A stretch of 64,000 bases of DNA, taken from IMG/VR virus record IMGVR_UViG_3300023184_000033, positions 99,825-163,824 of that record; one strand, 5' to 3'. Position numbers and translations under genes: made by a program. The notes below the pieces were generated by a model. That model had not been told where the DNA came from. It saw only the letters and a program-made list of their open reading frames with translations, and ran no database searches. Positions 1-9,500 of the stretch are shown here, in pieces. How positions within the stretch are numbered: position 1 is the stretch's first letter; each line of letters opens with the position of its first letter. This DNA is from a virus.

Positions 1-28
1 GGGCTCGGAACAGATTTTTTCGAATTTT

Positions 29-601
29 TCATCTCCACTTAGGACCATCGAACCAAGCGGCTAACGAGTGTCGTTTACCTTTGGTTACGGGAGTGGCTTG
101 ATGATCTAAGAAAGACGGAAAGAACAAAATTGTTCCCTGTTTTCTTATTTTTTCTTTGTCTGGAAAATTGATTAGATCAAAAAACTCAAATTCACCACCT
201 TCATACTCTGACGGATCGGTTAATTGTATAATTGCACTAATTTTTCTGTGGTATTTTGGATCATCATTAATCCAAAACACATCATGGTGTCTATCATATT
301 TGCCTTGATATGATGCATCATACTCGGCTACTTGTACATAATCTAATTTTGAGATATGGAAATTGAAAAACTTATCATTAGCTTCTATTGCAAGTTTCCA
401 TAGTAAATTATTGAGTTGTTCTAATTTTGGGTTTTTCATATCCAAAAAACGAACAACACTTTTCCTCATTTCATGTGGTACCATCTTACCATCGATGCCA
501 ACAACAGCTTCTTGTGCTTTTGTCTCTAAACTAAATTGAATAATATGTTCACATGTTTGTTTAGTCAAATATGATTCATAATAACACCATTCACCTATCA
601 T
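29..601 (-). CDS. 2OG-Fe(II) oxygenase (PKHD-type/prolyl-hydroxylase-like)
   Basis: H-x-D (HHDV), KISAIIQL, YEGGEF, FPSFLDHQATPVTKGKRHSL motifs; GAGGA SD upstream of the ATG at 601. Confidence 0.9.
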   Translation of the reverse strand: MIGEWCYYESYLTKQTCEHIIQFSLETKAQEAVVGIDGKMVPHEMRKSVVRFLDMKNPKLEQLNNLLWKLAIEANDKFFNFHISKLDYVQVAEYDASYQGKYDRHHDVFWINDDPKYHRKISAIIQLTDPSEYEGGEFEFFDLINFPDKEKIRKQGTILFFPSFLDHQATPVTKGKRHSLAAWFDGPKWR

Positions 602-623
602 AATAATCCTCAAAAATTACATT

Positions 624-3320
624 TTACAGTTTTTTCTTTACTTCGTCAAGCTCTGCCTTCAATTCTTTGATTGCTTCAACAAGAAGTGGCACCAACTTAT
701 CATATCTTACAGTCAAGTACTCTTTATCTAGAGGAGCTGGAACCACAACTTCAGGCAGAATTTTTTGTACATCTTGTGCAGAAAGACCAACGTCACGCTC
801 ATTAAGTTTAGCTTCATAACCCAATTCTTTAGCGAGTTCATTTGGTTCATAAATGAATCCAGTCAAAGACAACACTTTTTCGAGTGCATTTTCAATTAGA
901 CCAATACGGTTCTTTAATCTATCGTCAGAATAACCAGAGGTGATATTGTTTGTAGCACGAATTTCACCAGCTGTACCTGATGCAGCTGTACCAACACCTA
1001 AACTACTGAATTGTACGTTGTCGTATGTATTTACGTTTTGGTTATAGCTTCCTGGAGGACCAGCTGGTCCTGGAGCTCCGGCCGATCCAGGAGATCCTGT
1101 TGGGCCTTGAACTGGTCCAGCAGAATAGTTTGTTGCAGTAGTTGTAATATATAAAATGCCACCACTAACATATGCATTGGTAACACTAACACCTGTGGCT
1201 CCAACAGGCCCGGTAACTCCTGTGGTTCCTGTGGGTCCTGTAACACCAGTGGCTCCGACAGGACCAAGGATACTTCCTGACACAGCAACAACAACTGCAT
1301 CGCTTCGTGTTAATTGTAGTTGTGTTCCAACAACAGCACCAGAAGTTACATAAGGTCCTGTAACACCGGTAACCCCAGTAACTCCTGTGGCTCCCGTGAC
1401 ACCTGTTAAACCTGTGGGTCCTGTAGCGCCTTGTGGAATTGTGAAGTTAAATACAGCAGCACCAACTGTTCCAGTATTAGTTATTGCTGCTAAACTTCCT
1501 GCAGCACCAGTCGATACCGTTCCTAGTGAAACTGTGCCTGTTGCGCCAGTAACGCCAGTAGCACCTTTAACTGTTCCCGCATTAAAAGTGTAGGTGTTAG
1601 AGTATGTAATTTGTAAATCAGCACCAACAACTGTCGCAGATGTTAAGAATAAACCAGTTGCACCGGTTGCACCAACTTGACCAGAAACAGTTACGGAATT
1701 TGCAACAGCAATAATTCTACCTTTAGAATCAACTGTAATGATAGGTACAGAAGAACTATTACCATATGTCTTTGCCGTCAAACCTACTTGGTCAGGAAGA
1801 CCAATCGCAACAATACCTGTGTTTGCGTTTGCAGTTAAATCGCCAGTATTTGCGTAAACTTTTGTTCCTGGTGGAATTGAAACTGTAGTATTAGATACTG
1901 CTAGAACTCGACCAAACTTGTCAACAGTAATTGCAGGAATGTTTGATTCATCACCATATGTTTTTGATGTTACACCAGTTGTTTCTAATCCAAAATCAAT
2001 TATTTTTGTTGTATTATTGGCCAGAATTGCAATACCATTTGCAACGCTTGTGGTAATATTCAACCCGCCATTGTAAGCATTTGCAGAAACATTAATTGTA
2101 TTAGCAGTAATTGAACTATACGCATTTTTACTTAATACGAAACTTTGTAAATAAGTATTAGCAGCATTTGTATATGATTGTGAATAAACATTTGCCGAAT
2201 ATACAGCTGCCGATGTGGCCACGTTTGAAGTACTATTTAAATTGCTAGAATTATTTGAAAATTCATCAGTATGAATTCTATAATAATTTCCATTAGTTAC
2301 ATCATTTAATTGCCACTGTAAAGCTGGTTCGTTCCAACTAATTGCTGCATTAGCATAAGAACCACCACCACGATATACACTATAGTAAGATGTTATACCA
2401 TTAATATTACCTTGATTTAATTGATACGTATTTGATGAGTTGACTGTTGTACCGATTAGAATGAAGTTCGAATTAACGGTTAAGTTGTTAACTGAAACAC
2501 CATTGAAGAAAGCGTTTGCGCCAGAACCACCAAGTGTTGATCCAAGATTGATAACTGGCGTATTGATGACCGTGTTTGCAGTAATTCTATCAGATATAAC
2601 ATTACCACTCATCAAGTAGTTGTTAGCATACACAGTATTTGCATATGAGATTGTTGCAAAACTTTTAGGTGCTGAGAGGAATGTATTAGATGATACAGAA
2701 TCGGAAATTAACTGGTTCTGCAATGTTAAGTTTGTTCCATAACCACTTTGAGTATATGTGAAGTTATTGGAAATTATTGTTGCACCAGAAATGACTACAG
2801 TATTTGAAATTGTTGTGGCACCATTAACAGTTAGTGAACCAACAATTGTTGCAGTACCATTTGTTGAAAAGTTTCCATTAATTTTACCAGTTCCCGTAAC
2901 AGTAAGATTACCACTAACTGTTTCATTTCCTGTCGTAATAATATTGCCGCCAACTGTGACATTATTTGAAACTGCAAGACCTGTACCAGAACCCATTGCA
3001 AGAATAGGACCACTGATGTTCGCTTGGCCTGATGCAACTAGACTGAGTGTGGTGTTCGTGAAATAAACTTGACCATCGACACGGAGGTTGTTTTGGACAT
3101 ATGCGGATGAACCTAGACCAATGACTTGTAATTGTCCACCAAGAATGGCATTGTTGGCAACTTGTAAACCTAGAGAATTATCATTGAGAAATAATGTTCC
3201 GGTAGATTTTGTGTAGTTGTTTGCGGCCAACGAATTGTTTTCTTGCACCAAAGCATTCGTGGTAACCAACCAGTCGCCGAATGTATTTGCATATCCTAGA
3301 ATAGAAACTGTATTTGCCAT
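624..3320 (-). CDS. Tail fibre protein with collagen-like G-X-Y repeats and C-terminal intramolecular chaperone (peptidase S74)
   Basis: N-terminal NTFGDW motif; G-A/V-T/G-P-T repeats; C-terminal YSDDRLK...VGLSAQDVQKILPEVV...YDKLVPLLVEAIKEL. Confidence 0.88.
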   Translation of the reverse strand: MANTVSILGYANTFGDWLVTTNALVQENNSLAANNYTKSTGTLFLNDNSLGLQVANNAILGGQLQVIGLGSSAYVQNNLRVDGQVYFTNTTLSLVASGQANISGPILAMGSGTGLAVSNNVTVGGNIITTGNETVSGNLTVTGTGKINGNFSTNGTATIVGSLTVNGATTISNTVVISGATIISNNFTYTQSGYGTNLTLQNQLISDSVSSNTFLSAPKSFATISYANTVYANNYLMSGNVISDRITANTVINTPVINLGSTLGGSGANAFFNGVSVNNLTVNSNFILIGTTVNSSNTYQLNQGNINGITSYYSVYRGGGSYANAAISWNEPALQWQLNDVTNGNYYRIHTDEFSNNSSNLNSTSNVATSAAVYSANVYSQSYTNAANTYLQSFVLSKNAYSSITANTINVSANAYNGGLNITTSVANGIAILANNTTKIIDFGLETTGVTSKTYGDESNIPAITVDKFGRVLAVSNTTVSIPPGTKVYANTGDLTANANTGIVAIGLPDQVGLTAKTYGNSSSVPIITVDSKGRIIAVANSVTVSGQVGATGATGLFLTSATVVGADLQITYSNTYTFNAGTVKGATGVTGATGTVSLGTVSTGAAGSLAAITNTGTVGAAVFNFTIPQGATGPTGLTGVTGATGVTGVTGVTGPYVTSGAVVGTQLQLTRSDAVVVAVSGSILGPVGATGVTGPTGTTGVTGPVGATGVSVTNAYVSGGILYITTTATNYSAGPVQGPTGSPGSAGAPGPAGPPGSYNQNVNTYDNVQFSSLGVGTAASGTAGEIRATNNITSGYSDDRLKNRIGLIENALEKVLSLTGFIYEPNELAKELGYEAKLNERDVGLSAQDVQKILPEVVVPAPLDKEYLTVRYDKLVPLLVEAIKELKAELDEVKKKL
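1050..1690 (-). repeat. Collagen-like Gly-X-Thr repeat tracts in the tail fibre
   Basis: GATGPTGLTGVTGATGVTGVTGVTGP and GPTGSPGSAGAPGPAGPPG in the translation. Confidence 0.85.
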
Positions 3321-3340
3321 TTATTTCGAACCTATTGAAC

Positions 3341-3562
3341 TTATAGTTTATTTAGAATAGTTGTCAGGAGCGTTTTGATATCAGAAACATCTTGCTCTAA
3401 TTTTACAATCTTTGCATTATTCTGTTCAAGTTCTTGACTCATTTTTTGTTTTCGTTGGTGATCTTTAAGACCACTAATATCCGTATTCAATATAGCTTTA
3501 CTGTAACCATCCCGTTGCAGATGGGGATTATCAGTTACTTCATATTTTACATTATCGATCAT
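3341..3562 (-). CDS. Small coiled-coil protein downstream of the VrlC-like gene
   Basis: 73-aa ORF overlapping the upstream stop (ATGA); heptad-rich C-terminus. Confidence 0.7.
   Translation of the reverse strand: MIDNVKYEVTDNPHLQRDGYSKAILNTDISGLKDHQRKQKMSQELEQNNAKIVKLEQDVSDIKTLLTTILNKL
3349..3355 (-). promoter_or_regulatory. T4-type late promoter (CTAAATA)
   Basis: TATAAATA-like box about 30 nt upstream of the tail fibre start. Confidence 0.55.
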
Positions 3563-6500
3563 GATATTGCAATAGCTCTAAATTTCTTAATTTGTGGAAC
3601 AATTTCTGTTGCACCGGAATACATAACAACTTTAACAGCAAACGTTTGGAAAGAATTATGTATAACGCCATTACTTGTGTAGGAAATGTTATCCAAGAAA
3701 TAATTTTGTTCAATAAAGTCTGTGTAAGAAGATGAATTTTTTGTTACACTATCTATATTTGGAACTAGAATCCATGGTTTAGTAGTAAATGCACTTACAT
3801 CATCAGCAGCTAATACTTTAACAAACACATCAAAAGAAGTTCCACTCTGCATATTTGCATCAAACGTAACTTTAATACCTTTGGCATCAAATCCAGAAGC
3901 AAGTGTTACTGATCTTGTTACATATTTAGCAGAAGCATTACCACCACTTGCAGTAGTTTCTGGTATTGTAACATCAACTCTATCATTGATAATGTTATTA
4001 ATCATAATCATCGACATTCTATCTAGGTCAATAACAGGAGAAATGTTTTTATCAAGCGTTGCAAGTTTTGCTTTCACCAATGTGTCACCATAAGCTGTAT
4101 TATTTCTATATTTCTTTAATACTGTATTTTTATTAGCTAATAATGGAGTATATGATGTATCAAATATACCATCATTTTGGTTCATCATACTATAATCAAT
4201 AGATGTAGTATTATTAAAGTCCAACTCTTGTGAAATTAAATCTACAATTTCAAAATCAAATGCCTGTGCGGGAGCATCAGATTTAAATGTTGCTTCATAA
4301 GTTTTTGTTGTGTCAAATTGAGCATAATACAACTTGAACGATAAGTCTGAAGATTGGTCAGCAGTCCAAGTTGAACCATTTTGCGATATAAACAAACTAC
4401 CAATATTTGGTTGTTCTGAGACTGTATTTGTTGAGCCAATTTGTTTTTGTCCCACAGTCGCATAATATACTTTTGTTTTACTGCTATTTGAACCAACAAC
4501 AATTGCATATTCGCCAGGTTGCAGATAGACAGGATCAGCAAATCTAAACAAAGTTTCAACAGATGCATCGGTTGATGTGTTTATATCATAAGGATTTTTC
4601 CAAACAGTTGATGATGGAATAACTTTAGTGGAATTTGGATATCCATTAACTGTAGGTCTAATCTGTGCAAACACAGGCAACTTATCATCAACACTTTCAA
4701 AATACAAACTAACACCAGTCAAGAAAACACCGTTAGGATAAATTCCTGCAGGAACAAAGAATGTCTGTGCTAATGGATCAGTAGTACAGGCTATGAATGA
4801 GGTTCTACTACCAAATGGTTCTTTGTTTGCTTTTGCAGCTGCTTCAAAATCAGCTCGGATTTTCGCATCTGCTTGAAGTGCCGTCAGGCCAAACTGTGTG
4901 CCACCCATAATAATATTTTCAGCAGCCAGAGCACCTCTACTAGTCCATATTGTTCCACCTGCGGCATTTTTAATAGTAGCTGCATACCAAGAGGGATTTG
5001 TTCCCCAGGTAGTAGCTGCACCAGTTGTTCCTTGATTGTCAATCTTACACTTAATCTGGTGTGCGCCTGGAGCTAACCAGTTAACGGTAACATCTATGTA
5101 TAATTTTCCATCATTACTATTTGGCCAAGCCGGTGTTTTCCAATGTTCAGAATTCTTATATTTTCCAATAGGTTCATTATCAATCCAAACTTCAACATCA
5201 TCATCGGCACCAAATGATATTGTGTGATTAGAACCAAAAGCTTGAGTTGTTGTAAAATTTCTATAAATTGTAAATGTTTGGCCAGATTTTAGATTTGTGT
5301 TGTCTCCTTCAGCCACTGGATATACAGCATTTGCCGCAACAAACTCAACACCAGTATTATTAGTCAATCCCGTACCAGCACCAGTGATCGCATAAACAAT
5401 TGGTGAGGTCGTGGTGCTGCCCTGCTGTAACGCATAATATGCATTTAGCCAATAGATAAATCCTCCTAAGTCTGGATTTCTATTCAAGTTTGCTGGATTT
5501 CTATAATAAGAAAGTATAGTCGGCCCAGTAATTGCAATTGCCTCGGCTTTCATCGCTGCGTTTAACCATATTTTACCGCCGCCGGCCGGAGTACGAGAAT
5601 TTGGATCAGCAATTGCTTGGTTGTAAGTTTGAGTAGTTATCAGATATGTGTATGCCTCAATGGCTTCTTTCATAGTCAAACTAGAATCAACAAAGTCACC
5701 AATTTTTGGTTTAGTAAGTAATACACCCGTAGCAACACTTACAGCACTAGCCGTACTTTGAATTGTTGTTGTTTTATTTTGACTAATTGGAGCGTCTAGT
5801 TTTAATTCAACTGTTGCTGTTGACTTACTATAACCATTTAATGGATTAATATAAATTGCAATCGTTGCTGGCGTAGTGTCCGAAACAGAAATTGTTCCTG
5901 TAATTATATCTAATCTAGGAATTGTTCTGTTTTCAGCTTTGCCATATTTTTCGTAATGCCATTGACCAAATGCATCAATACCTTGTGTTGCAAATTTTCT
6001 AAAATCTGCATTAGCAAAATATGCAATTGCTTCTAACTCAACTGTTGCATAAATTTTGGTATAACCACCACTAAAAGTATTTGATGCATAAGAATTTGTA
6101 CCAGTTGCACCATCATTAAATAAAGATTTAATATCAGCATAAGAGTTGACATAAGCGGTGTAGTTAAAACCACCAGAAACGTTCAAAACAGTATTTGTAG
6201 ATGATGTTGCACCTTTAGTTAACCACATACCATCAACATTTGAGATGGTGAATGGTACTATAACAGAACCGCCAACATTTGTAGATGTAACGACATATGT
6301 GAGAGTCTCACTCATGTTTATACTAGTAGGTCCACTAACTGAATAAACTGCTGCCTTTGGACCAGAATAGAAAGATGTTGTTGCTTGTCTATTATCATTA
6401 AAATAAAATGTCCAAATATAAGAACCAACTCTAGTTACTACATAATCTAAAGTTGTTGTTGTGCCAGGAGGACTTAATGGTAGAGTACCACTAGCAGGAA

Positions 6501-9500
6501 TTCTTTCACCATAGTTACTTACAGCATAATAATTTCCATTATTAGGTCCATTAACAACATTAAATGATATCTTATCATTTTGTATACAAGATGTTGATGT
6601 GCTTAAATTAACTCCACTAGAATTTTTAGCGGAAAGCTCAATTGGCACTATGGGTGTTGCATTAATTGTAAATCCTGCATATACTTCTGGTAAAATGCTA
6701 TTTAATTTTAATTTTACATTTTTAATATCATTAACTACAGATGCGGAAGTTAATAAAACAGATGCGTTGCCGTTTGAATCTGTTGTAAATGATCCAGTTA
6801 AACTAGCACCAGCAATGTTTGCAGATTCAACACCGGTAATTGTATAAGGTACACTTACGCCGGCACCAACATTCACCGTTGACAATGTTACGTTAGCTGT
6901 TTTACCAATATTAAGTGCAGTTCCCAATGAAGGTTGAATTTGACTTGTGTTGGCGACCAACATGTAAGATTTAATAGCAGAAATTGGAACATTTACCGAT
7001 TTACTGGATGTGTTTCCTGTTCCCCATGTGTATTGAATTGTGAATACATCAGAACCTCTCATTGCATAGTTAGAATTAACTTGATACAATAATGTATTTG
7101 AACCAGATGGTGAATTTATTGTGAAAGCGCCACTTGTTTGATTACCTTTACTACTCACAACAGAATATTCATTTGTATTGGCTGTTGATGTGATTGCGTA
7201 ATAAACAGTTTGATTACTTGGGATACTTGAAGCTGAGAATATAGACTGTATGGTATTGCCAGCAACAATAGAAGAATTTGCTGCAACACTAAATGTTGGA
7301 ACAAATGCACTTTGAATTGCTACATTACATAACAATTGTTGTGGTCCTTTATATTGTGGATTTCCGGTATCTGTCGGAACATCAACTTCAAGAGTGATGT
7401 ATTTGTTTACATAACTACTGATTGCACCACTATTAATTGGTATACTTACAATGGCCTGATTTTTGGAGTTTGTACCAATTGTACGTATAATTGTATTTCC
7501 ACGAACGAAACCATTTCCCAAATCAGTGTTAACAATTGAACCAGAAATGTTTGCATTGTATGTTTTTCCCGCAGGAGCATTTTGAACATTGAAGATGAAA
7601 TTAATAACACCACCTTCTCTGATAGTTGTATAATCAGGAGTTAATGTATATGATGCATCTGGCAACGCTGCAGTAGTAATTGCTCCAACATTTTTTGTAG
7701 TAATTGATGAATTGTCTGTACCATTTAAGCTTAATCTGGTAATAATATCCTGGTTTGGCTTTGTAGAAACAATTAATGGACTTAATGTTTGTAGTAAACC
7801 TTGTGCATAGAAAGTGGTAGATGCATAAGATTTTCCAAGAGCAATACTAATAGGACTGTCACACAAAACAATATTGATATTTCCTGTTAAGAATTTGACA
7901 TCGTTATCATTTGGAATACAAATTTTACCAGAAGCAGAACCGGAAGAATCAGTATAAACAGCCATATCATGAGGTGAAATTCCACTATTATTAATTAGTG
8001 AAGTGTAACCATCAGGAAGCAAATAACTTGTCATGTTTAAACCATTCATATACAAGTATAAATTGGTTTTTGGTGACATACCATCTACACGAAAACTTAT
8101 TTCTTTCTTTCTTGCATAAGGAATTACTGTTTGATTTACAGTTGCAGTAGAAGATGATGTAACAACGCCTGGCGGAGAACTTAATATCTGTGAGTTTTGG
8201 GGCGTACCAACTTGACCAGAAACATTACGAACAGTATTTGTCCCTAAAACAGAATTGATTGTATCTGTTGTTTGTTCACCGGACCATAGAGTCTGCCATG
8301 CATTCCATTGTGTTTCAACAGATGAGTAAGCAGAGTAGTTATCGTTTTCACCATTTGTGTTTACGATAACAACCGGCGGAGTAACTATATCAAACCAAAC
8401 GTCAGATTGTGGACTTAATTTTATTTCACCAACATAGGCAACAACGTCAAATGGATTTACTTTAATTGAACCTGATGCAATTGGCTGATTGCCTCCAGGC
8501 ATTACTTCGGAAACATAAGGTACTGTTATAAGAGATGAAAATGCTGAATTACCAGAAATTACTGTATTACTTGATTCTCTTGTATAATTTAACTTAACGT
8601 TCTCAGACAAATACAGCGGTCTTGCTAATTTGTTTGTGTAATCAATAGATGCACGATATTCATTACTACCAACATCACCAACACCAGAACCAACGAAAGA
8701 ATCGACAATAAAACCATTTTTAAATTGTGTATTGCCATTGTTGTCGGTAACAACTTGTGAGTTAACTTGAGTCTCTAAGAAATTTAATGAAGTATAATAC
8801 TCCATATTTGTTAAACGTGTATCAAGATTGGAAATATCCTTCATAGTATAACGTTTGTGTGGTATAACTTGAAGACCAACATCAGTCTCACGATATGTGT
8901 ATGGTGAAAAATCTAACACATATAGTGTAACAGCATCACTTTGATTTGCTGGAGGTTGTGGTTTAACATCAGGAATACCTTGAATGTCTTTAAACAAACC
9001 ATCTCTGGTCAGTACAACCTTATCAATTCTTCCAAGGTAGTATGTGATATCAGCAATAACGTTTTGATAATTATTTGTTGTTGGAATCTGGTGTGATGCC
9101 AACGAATATGTTGTTGTATCATCAACCCTTCTTGGTCTAAAATCTATACAATCACTTAATGATACAACTTTTCCTGTTACAAGCGATTTGTATGTTGGTA
9201 TGATACCATAATCAATCGGATATGATTCTGGTGAGATGTAACCCAATCCAGAATGTGTGAAGTAACTATAAACCGGTAAAACTTTTATTGTACTCTGTGG
9301 TGCAGATTTTCTATTAATTGATGCATGGTCATAAATTGTATCTCTTTGGCCAGTATCCAATGAATATAATGTTACTTTATTGTCTAACACAGTCCAATTA
9401 CCTGTGGATGTACTTGGAGTATTATTTAAATTAGTTCCTGAAATTGAAATGTATGCAATACCAGATACAGAAACAACATCACCACTATTATATGTTGTTG

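Noticed and set aside
1-30. Similarity of the window start (GGGCTCGGAAC..TTTTTTTCG) to 59340-59375 as a terminal repeat
   Set aside because: The similarity is limited to T-runs and a few bases, and is not alignable.
1031-3066. Overlapping ORFs within the tail fibre gene
   Set aside because: Antisense or alternate-frame shadows of Gly/Thr-rich repeats; no SD or recognisable motifs.
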